64,000 nt of DNA. It comes from Camelus ferus (taxonomy: Eukaryota). A program made the translations under genes and the position numbers. A model generated the notes under the pieces. It was not told the origin of the DNA. It was given only the letters and a program-made list of their open reading frames with translations, and ran no database searches. Positions 12,500-24,590 of the stretch are shown here, in pieces. Numbering within the stretch: position 1 is the first letter of the stretch; the number at the start of each line of letters is the position of its first letter. The stretch spans positions 30,568,001-30,632,000 of the forward strand of contig NC_045705.1 in the NCBI RefSeq assembly GCF_009834535.1, given 5' to 3'.

Positions 12500-13960
12500 G
12501 CAGTCCTGCTGCCATCCCTCCAGCTCCCCCGAGGGTCACCGCGCGGGCCGGGAGGCTGCCTTCAGAGTTTCGGCGATACCCGCCCCTCTATCCCGGCCAG
12601 GACGGATCTGCGGGAGCCTTCCAGCAGTTTCTTCCCTATGTCCCTCCTCTGCCCCCTTTCCAACCTTGTTTCCCCCCTCCCCCCGCTCCGGGAAGGATCC
12701 AGGGCAGGAAGCTGATTGGTCGCAGCCAGGAGAGGGAACCCAAAACACCACTAAGTAGAGATGCTGAGAGCAAGCAGTGCCCAAAGACCCTCGGCGGGAG
12801 CATGGTCTGCAGTCCGAGGAACCGTTCCTCGAGTGGAGGATTCCCCAAGCTCAAGTATTCAGATTCCACTGGGGGCTCTCTCCGCAATCCTCCCGAGACC
12901 CCTAGCCCCTGGAAGGAGGGCTATTTACAATTTATGGTTAGCGACCATCCTTCCCCGCCTCCCTTTCTTCGTAAATACATTCATTCGCACCAAGGACACA
13001 GAGACCCTGTCTAAACCTGAAAGGGAAGCAGCCGCCAGCTCTTCAAAGAGCAGCGAGGGAGGCGAGGGAACGCCTCGGATCTTCCCCCAGGCCGGCCCAG
13101 ACCCGAGCCCAGGGAGATCCTCCGTCGCTGCCCCGTCTAACACTGGAGGAACGGGGGGAGCTCCCGGTCCCCTCCCTGGCATGCAATCTCCGGGCTACTG
13201 CTTGGAGTGAGGGCGAGGGGTCTCAGGCCCCAGCCTGCACCGTCCTGCTCTCGGGAGGTGAGTCCTGCAGCGGCCGGACCCAGGGACAAACTTTCCCGGC
13301 GGGCCGGTCGGCGCGAGCGCGGCGGCGCCGCTTACCGTGTGCACAGAGCAGGGCGCCAAGCAGCAGCGCGCCCCACGGCCGCCTCATGGTGCCGCGACCG
13401 CCGCCGGCGCTCCCTGCCGGCCGGGGTCCCGCCGGCTTCCGCGGGACGGCGCGGAGGAGGGAGTCGGCGGAGGGTACCCGAGGGGAAGCGTCCCGGTCCA
13501 CGGCGGCGGGCAAGCCCCGCAAGTAGCCCTCCGGCCGCTGCTGCCTCCAGTGCTGTCGGAGCCGAAGCCGCCGCGCCAGGGGACCGGGAGGGGGTGTCCC
13601 GGGCCAGGCCGCCCCGCCCCCCGAGCCGCAGCCCCCGCCACCGCCACCACGCCTGGTCCCGCCCTCAGCGCCGGCCCGGCCCCTTCCCGCCCTCGGCCCC
13701 CGCCCCCCTGTCCCCGGACCCCACCCGCCGGCGCCTCTAGCACTGGCCCAGCTCCTCTTCAGGCCGCCCCCACATTCCTAAACCTCGAGAGAGCCCCCCC
13801 TCACTGTCCCCATTATTACTGCTCGAAAGTCCTTAACTTAAAGTATTAGCCTAGCTGCAGCCCTCGGATCCCGCTTACTCAAGCTCTGTGCCAGAGAGGT
13901 GCACCCGGACTGACCCAAGTCGCCTGGACGTGACCCCGGCCCCCCTACCGGCCTAAGTCC
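12500..13960. promoter_or_regulatory. LRP4: CpG island / LRP4 promoter and GC-rich 5' UTR
   Basis: Very high GC and CpG density, peaking at 13270-13740. GC boxes (CCCCGCCC) cluster at about 13610-13710 upstream of the ATG on the minus strand. The TSS cannot be determined from sequence. Confidence 0.9.
13336..13387 (-). CDS. LRP4: LRP4 coding exon 1 (signal peptide)
   Basis: Kozak-like ggcaccATGa at 13387, 52 nt encoding MRRPWGALLLGALLCAH+G, then donor gtaag (13335-13331). Matches the recognised LRP4 N-terminus and lies within a CpG island. Confidence 0.97.
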
Positions 13961-16156
13961 AGACTTCATTGATGTCTCAGAATACGCAAGGCTTGGCTAA
14001 TGCATAATCCTCTCGGTCTTTATGGACATCAAACAAGGGACATCAGGGGGCCTGGAGTGCTGTATCTTAACTAGCATTCTCAATGTCAAAATTCCTTTTC
14101 TGAGATTTTCTTCTTGCTCCACCACGCCTCCCCCACCCCCGTCTAGGCAGCGTTGTTCAAGGGCTAAGTAATTCCACGACCTCCCCTTTTCATGTACTCA
14201 TTTCCTGAGGTGGTTGTCTGGGTCCTGCGGCCCCAGCTCAGACGTCCAGAATTGGCCCAGACATAGTTCCTCCTTGCTGTCTTTGTAAATTAGCGTAGTT
14301 AGCCTCTTCACCTTCCTTGACTTTCTGATCCTGGCAAGGAAGGAAGAGGGGTAAGGAAGTAAGTGCTTACTTGCATTTGCACTCCCCCAGAGACCTCAGC
14401 TTCCGTTTGTAGGGCCTTCTAGAAATATTTAACTTTTGGGTTACTACATAAAGTTATAAATTCCTCTCTTGTCTTAGCTTAGTGGCCTATGCCTCACCCC
14501 AGTACATATTAATAAAAATGGATTAATTCTGTTACTGCCTTCCATTTTCTAGGTGGAATCTTGTCTTGCTACTTTTGTCCAAGTCCCTAGCTTCCTCAGG
14601 GTCCGGTGTACCATTTTTCCCTCCAAGCTGGTATGCTAACAGTTCCCGGCTTTTGGATCTTCTGCGATTTTGTTAAACCACTTTCCTTTCACCAGTAAAC
14701 AGAGCCAGGAAGACCCAAATGCCCCATGTTAGCTGAGGGGAAAGTAATTTGGCGTAGTGCAAAGAGGATATTAGGAGATTTCTCCAGTGGATTGGTTGCC
14801 ATTTCATCCTTGCTTGTTTGCAATTTTTCAAAGGCTTTCACTTCAGATTACCATCTTTGACCAAAGCTAACATTAACTTTGCGACAGCAACAACAACAAA
14901 AAAAAATGTGGCGTTAATTCCTTCTTAGCCAGTACTTCTCTACAGTTTTTCCTGAAATGTGGTTGAACTAACATCACCATGGTAACTAATACCTAGGCGT
15001 TTTCTGCGTGTGTAGTTCTTCTTGCTGACTGAAGGCGGCAGTGGAGTCAGGTCAGGTTTACATGATCTTACTGCTAGGAATGACAGTCAACCTTTAAGGC
15101 CTATGTCATCTTAGCCTAAAATCCAAGGAGGAAAAAGTGAAAAAGTAGGGGCTAATTCTCAATACCTCTCCCCACAACATTTTTGATGCAGTCTTCATTG
15201 GTCTCAGGGTTTCAATGTATGTTGCTTAGGAAGACTTGCTTTCCAACCCATTGAAGAAGACCTTATGATTCTGGAAACCATATTTTTTCCACATGAAAAC
15301 TAAGGACATGTGGTATAATGGATACATTTGTCCCCCAAAATCCAGGACAGGCGGTCACCATACTTTCAATGTCAGGGGATTAAGAATTTATAAACAGTTT
15401 CCACTCTGTATTCAAAGGACAGGTTCCTTTCCAGAGTGATTTGTGTTGTTTTTCTGGGATTGAGCAGGAAGAGGGAGGCGGGCTGTCGCTGTCTGACTCA
15501 GGCTCAAGAGACTGCATTTTCTGTGTGCATCCCAAGGCTTCCTCCTCCATAATTCCGCACAGTTCTGGTGCACAGAGCCATCCCAGGCTGCTGTGAGTCA
15601 CTGGGAATATCAATGGGTAGAAATGAACTTCATGCATAGTCCCTGGCTGGGTGACCCCCTAGGGTGAGTTAAGTCTTGGCTGTCAGAAACTGCTCTTGTG
15701 CCAGGAGTGCTAAGCCATATTTATTTTTACCAGGTCTCTCAGACTTTCTTGTTTGGAGTGAGAGATCCTGAAAAGCATGCCAGAATGGGCTGTTTGTCTC
15801 CCTTTTATTGTCCTCTGGGACATGCCCCTAGAAGAGTTGTGGGGGATTGCCAATTCCAGAGGGGTCTCAGGGGCATTGGTTTCCTCAGAAACATCACCCC
15901 TTTCCTTCATCCTTCTAGGACAGACCAGGGGACTGAATTTCCAAGATCACAACATTGCCCTGAATTAGACCATCACTAAATGGCCTTTTCAAAGGAAACA
16001 CAGGGGGTGATATGGAAACAAGATTGAAATGGGCACTGTTTTGATGCAGTTGGGTTGGTAGAACCCTCTTATAACCTAAGCATCATTCAACAACCTGAAC
16101 TTCTAAAATGTAATTCTTCTAAGAGAGTAAAAGTCTTGATTTTTCACACTTTAAAA

Positions 16157-16354
16157 CAGTGGTTCTCAATCAGGAGTGATTTTGTAGACATGGGGCCGTA
16201 CATGGAAACATTTTTGGGAGTAGGTATTACTGGCAAATAATGAGTAGAAGCCAAGGATGCTGCTAAACATCTTACAATAAGCAGGACTTCACTCTGCACA
16301 ACAAGGAACTCTCCAGCCCCAAATGTATATAGTGATGAAACTGAGAGACCCTGA
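16157..16354. mobile_element. MER20-like DNA transposon relic
   Basis: Starts cagtggttctcaa, contains ggatgctgctaaacatcttacaat, ends tgagagaccctg. Confidence 0.8.
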
Positions 16355-16549
16355 TTTTAAAGGTTAAGAATATGAATCTGCAAAGAGTTGCTCCATCTTA
16401 TCTCTAGAATCACTTTCTTGTGTGAATGGGGGGAAGGAGTTATTAAAGCTATAGAATGGAAAACAAGAGAAAGCACAGCTAAAGGAGCTAAAAGTCCTAT
16501 ACCTATCTGCCTAGGGATGCCTATTTTCAGCATTAGCTCAACTTAGTAA

Positions 16550-18200
16550 GAGTAAGTATTTATTATGGGTGTGTTATGTACCAAGCACTGTAGAAGCAGT
16601 GGTAAACAGATATATTGGGTTCCCGGAACTTACAGTGTGATGGTGGGGGAGGCTACAAGTATACAGAGGCATTAAAAGAATGATCTTACGAATGAATTGA
16701 AAGCCACAAAGATAGGGGCGTTCACGGAAAAGTACAGTGCTCTATGAAAGGAGAGACTTGATTTAGATTTGGAGGTTCAAGGAAAGCCTGTCAGAGGCAC
16801 TAACACTTAAGCTGAGTAAGATTCATCAGGCTAAGAGTGGATGGGGCAGGTCTTCTAGGCAGAGGGAACAGTATGTACAAAGTCCCCAAGACAGGAAAGA
16901 GCTGGTAGGATTTATAGGAAAACATCATTAACTTTAACAATAGGTATGCTTTTATCTAGGTTCAGGGGGCTATTACTGGAGACCAGAATTTTAAAAAAAG
17001 AAGAAGAAAGTAGAAGGAAATACTCTGATTTGCATTTCTGTGCTTTCTTTAATTGCATGCCACCATTTCTAGTACCAACACTTTTCAGGCTCCAGCTCAG
17101 CAGTAGCATTGCAGTTAGGATCTGCGTATCATGGCTGATTCACTTCCCTGGCCTAACTTGGGCACACCCTGAAAAGCACATTTTTTATCTCCTGAAAGCT
17201 TGATAGTCACACACCTGGCACATGTAAGTAGAGCCTTTGCAGCAAACATCTCAATACATCTTGCTTATTTCAGCAGCAAAGATAAATTTAGAATAGTGGA
17301 TAAGCAAATGGATCAAGGAATAAATACTCATTTAGTAACAAACATGAATCAAGCCTCTTATGTAAAGGATCTGTTTTCACACTTGCCCCTTTATAATAAT
17401 TTACCTTCTCCACAGAAGCCGCAGTGACTTCCTAAAAAACAAATCAAATCATAGCATTACTGGGCTTAAAACCTTCCAAAGGCTTCCTATGGCCCTTGGA
17501 ATGAGATCTGTACTTCTCATGTGCCCTTCAAAGCCTTCCATGAGCTGTCCTCTGCCTACTTCTTTACCCACTTTTCCCCTTACTCATTCTCTGGCCCTGC
17601 TGTCTTTCTTTCAGCTCTGCAACATGCTATCATTTCTGTCTTACAACTTTTGCGCGAGCTGTCTCCTCTACTTAGAATGCTGTTTCCCCAGACTCTTCCA
17701 TGGCTGGTTTCAGCTCAATGTCACAGCCTCAGAACTTACCACCTTACATTTGTCTTGTTCTCATTCACTGCCTTTATCTTATTTTACTTAAGAGATTGGA
17801 TAAGTTTTCATGGAGGTGGTGGCATTTTGTCTAGGTCTAATAGGATGTGGAAGAGTTTACTAGGCAGAAAATGTGAGAGAAATACATTCTAGATGGAGAG
17901 AACTGCTCATGCCCAAGCAAAAGGATGTGAAAGAGCTCAGTATGTTTGGAAATAGCAAGTAAGAAGGTACGGCTAGGGCATTAAGTGTGTAGGGAAGAGT
18001 GAATGGCAGAGTGGCTGGAAAAGTAGGTTAGGACCAGACTGTGAAGGGATGTACACATCTGCATGTTAAGGAATTTTGCTTCATCCTAGTAATGGTGAGT
18101 TAGCAATGCTTTTAAAGTAAGGAAGTAACATGGTCAAATTTGAATTTTAGAACAATAAACTCTTGTAACAATGTAGTGGATGGCTTGGGGGAGAAAAAAT
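16550..18200. mobile_element. Cluster of L2 LINE fragments
   Basis: L2-like text: tatttattatg...ccaagcactg, ggcagagggaacagtatgtacaaagtccc, cttaaaaccttccaaaggcttcc, ggaagtaacatggtcaaatttgaattttag. Confidence 0.6.
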
Positions 18201-21200
18201 AGACACATAGACTGCAGCTTTTTGTCCTAAGAGTCTGAAATTTGGGAACTTCCAGTTCAGATCCTAAGTTTATTTAATGATTCCTAACATATTTCGTTTC
18301 ATCCTTCTGAACTAGTTCTCTTAGCCTCTCTACATGCAGCATTGCCTCTACACCTTTTGTTGAGTTAGTTGCTTTTTTCCTTTGGTCTTTCTTAAGATAT
18401 GGTGATCTGTCACACAGAGGATTTACGTGTAGGAAGGAGATGCAAATGCTTTCTCATCGATTTTTAATCTCCTTCTCAGTGATGCCTTGCCTTTTGCTGG
18501 CCTTTTTATTTAATGAATTTGTTTCATGAATTGGTTCTTATGAGGCAACCTTAAGTCCTATGGATTGGATGACTTTTATTTTCTAGATTTTTCATCTGGG
18601 TGGTGGGGGCGGGGGCCGGGGGAGTCTATTTAACAGGCATTTATTCTGTCAGGCGCTGTGCATTGTCCTAGAAATTTAAAGATGAAGACTCTGCCCTCCA
18701 GAAAATCACAGTCTAGTAGGAGAAATCAAATAGTTTTTTTTTAAAATAACATAAATGTTTATCAAGGAGTATATTCCAGGACAGAAGAAGGCACAGCTAC
18801 TTGTTATGGGATACCAAAAAGGGTCAGAAAATCGTCCTCCCTTTTAAACTCTCTGAAAGTGTAATTCCCAACTCTTTTTTGCAGCATTTGAAAATATAAA
18901 ATAATAAGAAGTTACAAGTCTGTAATTGTCTTTGAGCTCCTGTTCAATTTAAGCCATATCCTCTTAACTACTTTCTCATAATGCATTAGTTATTCTTAAC
19001 TGCCCAAGAGTTTGTGAACATTTCTTTTTCTTTGCAGATTCTCCCACAGCTCTGGTCTGTTGACCTGTGGCAGTCCAAAATGATTTGTCTGCAAATAGCA
19101 TTTTTAACTAAACATGTAAATCTCAGACAGTGGCATTACACTTAGTTTCTGCTTTGCTCTTATGGAACATAAGTCTTTTAAGACGAGCCTAGTAGCTCAG
19201 CATGAATTTCATGACCTGCATTTCTTAGTAGCTACTTCGCCTTCAGCATCTTTCTGCTTGATGAGTTGATAAAAGCTTGTCCTAGTTTCTTGAACCTGTT
19301 TTGTAGCAATAATTCCGACTGCATTTTTTCTTCCCTTGTTGTTTTTTTTGAGGTTTAAAACTATTTAGTACATTTATGTTTGCTTTTCTAGTTTTCAATT
19401 CCAGGGAGGATTTTCTTCCCTATGAATCTCTCTAGGTCCTCTGCAGAGCCAGCAATGTCTATTAATTTTCTCTTTATAATTAGGAATTATAATCTGATAA
19501 GTGGATATCTCACCATATCCTCTCTCGTGGGTATTTTTCCTATTGTGTTGAGTTTGATGTTTCCATTCCTTAAACTGTAGTACTTGACTGTCACATCTCA
19601 TTGCCCTTTCTCTGTTTTGATAAATTTCATATCATTTGCTTATTTTCAGGATTGGGAAGTTGATTTATGATTTACTGGTTTACCTGGATGATTATTTGTT
19701 TAGGTAAAGTTTTTAGAAGTATGTAATGATAATTTAGGAACCTGAAAAACCCGAGTAAACTGAAGGCTGGAATTGAATGTTTTTTTCCTTAACATTTAAC
19801 AGGGTCAGAGAAATGCACTTGACTTGAACAATTCTTGTGTAGTTCCTCTTTTCTTAAGACCCGATATTGTGTATCTTTCACTGAAAAACTTCCTCTGCCA
19901 CTGACGTGTTGCCAAAATCTATTCATGTAATGTGTGGCAGAAGAGAAATCTAAAAGTGATGGCTCCTTCTTGGGAAAAACAAACACTGTCTGTGAAAGTC
20001 ATCACTTCTGCTTAAAAAGCTTTTTAAAGATTTTCAAGCCACTCATTTATTGTTTGTTTGGTTTCAGGTTATAATGTATGCCTATTATAGAAAAATTTAA
20101 CAATATAGAAAAGTATGAAGAAGAAAAATATAAACAGTAATTCTACTACCAATAAAAGGCTACCTACTATTTTTGTGCAACCCCAAATTTTCTTGAAACC
20201 TGCCTAGCAACCACCTGCCCCTTTCTAAGTCTTCCTCCTCAATGGACTGTTTAGGACATTAAGAGTGGAAGACTGACTTTAAATATAAGGGTCCTTAGGA
20301 TTTTTATGGAAGGGATGGAGTTGTAGGAAAAACCTACAAATTGCTCCAGAGATGACATCTTGTTCTTATTTAGCTTTCTTTGAGTCATTAACAGTCAGGC
20401 GCCACTGGTGCTGAAACTTATCATTATTATAACCGCAAATGGGTTAATGCCCAAACAAAGCTATATTCTTGGGGCTGCTTCCCAGCTCCACCACACAGAC
20501 CCCAACAGCAGCACCCTCCAAGTCCCAAGATAACGCTCCACAAATAAGAGGATGTCAAATGTTCAGCCTGCACTCAGAATTCTCTTTTTTTATCTGGAAA
20601 CTTCCAGTTGCTGGCAGGGCAGAGCAAAAGGAAAAATAAATAAATAAAAACCAAGCCAACAAACCCTTTAAAAAGAGGCTGTGTGGTTTAGTGGTCAGAC
20701 CACTAGCCTGGAGGCTGGGATCGCTGAAATCCAGTTCCAGCTCTCCCACTGACTGTCTGGATGATGCTACACAAGTCATTTTCCTGACATGTCCCTCAGT
20801 TTCCCTACTTAGAAAAGGGAGAAGTGCACTAGAAAGTTTTTGCAAGGACAAATGAAATGATCTGGGAATATCTTCAGGTTGCTCGGAAACAAAATGAAAT
20901 TATAATCCTTAATAATTAGCATTCTATATACTTTATTAATAATATAATAAAAAGCCACAGGTGAAAGTTATGAATCTCCCATACCTTGAGGTACATGGGG
21001 TGGGAAGAGGCAGGGGTGGAGGCGAGGGTGGAGGAAGAAGGCAGATATTTTTATCAGATTTGCAGATTCACATCAAATACCAAATTAGTAAATTTATTAC
21101 TTCAAGGTAATAAATGCTGCTCTGAGTTTGGCTCTGTCCCTTTATCCTTACCGCAGCCAAACTCAGAGTGACTCACAGGAGCCTAGAAATGAGACGCATA

Positions 21201-22139
21201 TACAATTTTAAGGGAAAGGGAGAATTAGGAGGTTTGAAGCTTCTGCTGGAGGAGGCTAAGAATAGATCACTCAGAACACAAAGAGAAGAACCTCCTCTTT
21301 CCTTTTCCTCCCAGTGTAGGTGGTCCACTGGTTTCCCAATCATTCCTTTGATAGAATGATTTTTGTTTTCTTTCTTTCTTTCCACAAAACCTCACCTTGT
21401 GTTGGGGAGAATTAACTAAAAAAGTGAAGACAGAGTGGCTTTTTCTACTAGGTTTGAACTGTGGCAAGTGCCACACACCACTAACCTGTGTTGGGAGTGG
21501 AGAGGAGCAAAAAGAGAAATATGCAGGTATCTGGGAAGTCAAAAACCAATTAATGCTCTCCCCTCTTAAAGGAAAAGAGAGCAATTAGGCATATGAGGGG
21601 AAAACCCCAATAGGTGTTCTTGTTTGTGCATCCTGTCCCCCCAAGAAGTGAAGTGTCTCAGTAAGAAAAACAAAAAAACAAAAACAAAAACAAAAACACT
21701 TGGGAAGGGTACCAAAGAGCAAAGGATAAGAGTTGAAGGAGGGGCTATAAAGGTGGAGGAATTTTAGGGGAAATGTCAATGATATCATAGAGGACTTCAT
21801 GAATACCTTACGGATGCCCAGCCTTGTCCTAGGCAGAAAAGACGCATCCCCGATCTCAAGGAGCAGTCAAGGTATACGCATTAGAAAGCACTTTGTAATA
21901 ATTTAAGACAGACAGTAAATAATAAAGAGATAAAAATAGGTAACGGGATATTAAATGTTTATGGGAATTTAAGGGTGGGAGCAATTATTGTGAATTAAGG
22001 TAACAGTTGTAAAAGCAGGAATAATTATGAAATTCAGAAATTGCGGATATATATTGAGGGCTGGCAATAATTTTTCGACACCGGGAAATATGATAGTTTC
22101 TGCATCTCAAACTCCTCTAAAACCAACTCCTCAAGAAAG

Positions 22140-22560
22140 GGAGTCCAAAGAAACTACGACCACTTCCGCTACCGGAACTAGTGCGGCAAGCTTGGCGTTG
22201 CGATACGGAGGCTCTTTGCGTGACACCCGCTCTGCCTCCCGCCTTTCCTCCCGCCTCGTGGGTGCCATGGCAACGGCGGGAGCCAGAGACCTGGCTTCCG
22301 GAAGCCAGAGAGCTGGCGCTCTGGAGCTACCCCGGTCAAAGGATGCTGAGTCCAGAGCGCCTAGCCCTACCGGACTACGAGTATCTGGGTAGGCGCTTCC
22401 TTCAGCTTCGGGGAAGGAAAGAAGTGCAGACGAATTAGGCCAGGGTCTGGGGAGGAGGCGGGGGTAGGGTCTGAGTGGGAATGGGTAGGGTGGGCTAGGG
22501 AGGGGCGGGGAGCGGGGAGCGGTACAGGGCCTGAACGTGTGAGGCCCAGCGAGGAGGAGA
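22140..22560 (+). promoter_or_regulatory. CSTPP1: CSTPP1 CpG-island promoter with ETS sites and RFX X-box
   Basis: Small CpG-rich island. ETS/GABP cores ACTTCCG and ACCGGAA at 22162-22177, X-box-like GGTGCCATGGCAAC at 22261-22274, perfect 18-bp palindrome CTGGCTTCCGGAAGCCAG at 22291-22308. Confidence 0.8.
22343..22388 (+). CDS. CSTPP1: CSTPP1 (C11orf49) coding exon 1, centriolar satellite-associated tubulin polyglutamylase complex regulator 1
   Basis: ATG at 22343, 46 nt encoding MLSPERLALPDYEYL+G, then donor gtaggc at 22389. Matches the recognised C11orf49 N-terminus; the LRP4-C11orf49 head-to-head arrangement is known synteny. Confidence 0.93.
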
Positions 22561-22759
22561 ACAGTATCTGGGAGTAAAGAATGTCTAAATTGTACAGGGT
22601 AGTGCTCAAGCAATGTGGATTGTGCTCAAAGTGAAATAGGTTGGAGTTGAGAATTGGGGGCCCTCTGGGGGTATTATTAATATGCTGCTAGTGGAGTGAC
22701 CCTGGAACCTTGAAGTGCCACATCAGTCGTTCTGTGAGCAATCATTGAACCGTTATAGC

Positions 22760-23005
22760 AGCAGCTAACATTTTTGAGAGTTTCTTTTACAAGAGACACT
22801 ATGCTAACTAAGCATTTTGCATGGATTCTTTATTGAATCTTCACAACAGCCCTAGGAGGAAACTCTGTTTTTCTTCCATTTTGCAGACAGAGAAACTGAG
22901 GCTGAAGAGGTAACTTGCACAAATAAGGCCACACAGCTAGAAAATTGTAGAGCTAGGATCAGAACTTAATCTGTCCACTCCTGAGCCTGATCTTTTTACC
23001 ACTTT
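22760..23005. mobile_element. MIR relic
   Basis: aatcttcacaacagccct...ccattttgcagacagagaaactgaggct. Confidence 0.75.
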
Positions 23006-23114
23006 GGCTGTGGCTGTATTACTTTATACACACTGTAGCACCTTCAGCGTGTAAAGCATTTACTGAATGAAAAAAAGGACATTTACATATACATGTAGGT
23101 ATACACACACATTT

Positions 23115-24590
23115 AAAAAATTAATAGACTTTTTTTATAGCAATTTTAAGTTTATAGTAAATCAAGCAGATATTATAGAGTGCTCCCATATACTCTCTCT
23201 CCCTCCCACTCAGAGTTCCCCCTGCTATTAACATCTTGTTGAGGGGAAGTATAGCTCAGTGGTAGAGTGCGTGCTTAGCATGCCTGAGGTCCTGGGTTCA
23301 ATCCCCAGTACTGCCAATAAAACAAAGAAACCTAATTACCTTCCCCTCCAAAAAACAAACAAACAAAAAAACCATCTTGTTACAATTGATAAACCAATAT
23401 TGATATATTATTATTAAATGAAATCCACAGTTTACATTAGGGTTCACTCTTTGTGTTGTAGTTTTATGGGTTTTGACAAACGCATAATGTCATGTATACA
23501 CCATTATAGTGGCATGCAGAATAGTTTCACTGCCCTAAAAATCCTTTGTGCTCTATCTGTTCATCCTTCCCCTTGTTCCCCAACCATTGACAACCACTGA
23601 TCTTTTTACTGTCTCTCAAGTTTTACTTTTCCAGAATGTCATATAGTTGGAGTCATACAGCATGTAACCTTTTCAGACTGGCTTTTTTTCACTAAGAAAT
23701 ACGCGTTTAAGGCCCCTTCATATCTTTTCCTGGCTCGATAGCTCATTTCTTTTTATCACTGAATAATATTCAATTGTATGGATGTATGCTACACATATTT
23801 TTAAATCTGCAAGACTTTTAATAGATTAAAGCAGTGCCATAACAGTGGAAAGCCTCTATGCACTTTTTTTTTTTAATGAAAAACAGTTCTAGTTTAAATT
23901 TCTGAATTAGTAATATGGAAACTAGATTACAAAATATAAAGAAGTTTACAGTGAGAAGTCTCCTCCAACCCATTTCCCTCCATCTGCCAGTTTCCATCCA
24001 CCCTCAGCCTCCTACTAGTAACCACTATTACTGATTTCCTGTGTATCCTTCCAGAGTTTAGTTTATTATGTATATAAGGGAGAATACACTTTTCATTTAC
24101 TATACCTCAGAGTGATTTCTGTATCAGTAGAGAGCTTTCTCATTCTTTTAAAAAAATTTTAGCAACATAAATAATAAATATAGTATTTAAATAATTTATT
24201 TGACCAGTTATTCATTGGTAGACATGTTGTTTTTAGCCTTTTGCTATTACTGAAAATACCCCACTGAATAACCTGCAATTTTGTTCCATCACTAATATAG
24301 CAGCAAGGATGAATTCCACAAAGGGAGATTGGTGGGTCAGTGTATATGCATTTTAAATATTGATAGATATTGCCAAATTGTCTTTCACAGAGGTTGTACC
24401 AATTTACACTGCCACCACCAAGGTAAGTAAATGCCTGTTTCCGCATAATCTTTCCAACAAACAATATCAAACTCAAACCATCAGATATTTTCTACCTGTA
24501 AGTGACAAATAGCCCCAGGGTAGATTTAATGTGCATTTCTTTTATGAAGTTGAGCATCTTTTCACCAAGTTTAAAGGCTATTTGGTTTTT
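23115..24590 (-). mobile_element. Old L1 3'-end fragments (L1MC-like then L1ME-like)
   Basis: L1MC-like ttacaattgataaaccaatattgatatattattattaa...ggttcactctttgtgttgta, followed by tgccaaattgtctttcacagaggttgtaccaatttacact. Confidence 0.7.
23241..23372 (+). mobile_element. tRNA-Ala-derived SINE (Vic-1-like) inserted in an L1MC-like relic
   Basis: GTATAGCTCAGTGGTAGAG A box, GGTTCAATCCC B box, aacctaattacc tail and A-rich end. TSD CATCTTGTT at 23232-23240 and 23373-23381. Confidence 0.9.

Noticed and set aside
12761..13849. Multiple long overlapping Pro/Arg/Ala-rich ORFs, including an in-frame upstream extension of LRP4 (13223-13522)
   Set aside because: Expected stop-codon depletion in a CpG island; only the 52-nt exon 1 segment matches LRP4 and there is no upstream ATG in that frame.
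20398..20413. CTCF-like motif GGCGCCACTGGTGCTG between the two promoters
   Set aside because: One base short of the consensus spacing (GCGCCmyCTrGTGG); too weak to call without a PWM scan or ChIP data.
23241..23316. tRNA-Ala(AGC) gene call (also at about 4972-5045 and 44223-44298)
   Set aside because: Each is followed by a shared SINE tail, an A-rich end and TSDs, and has acceptor-stem mismatches; these are SINE heads, not tRNA genes.
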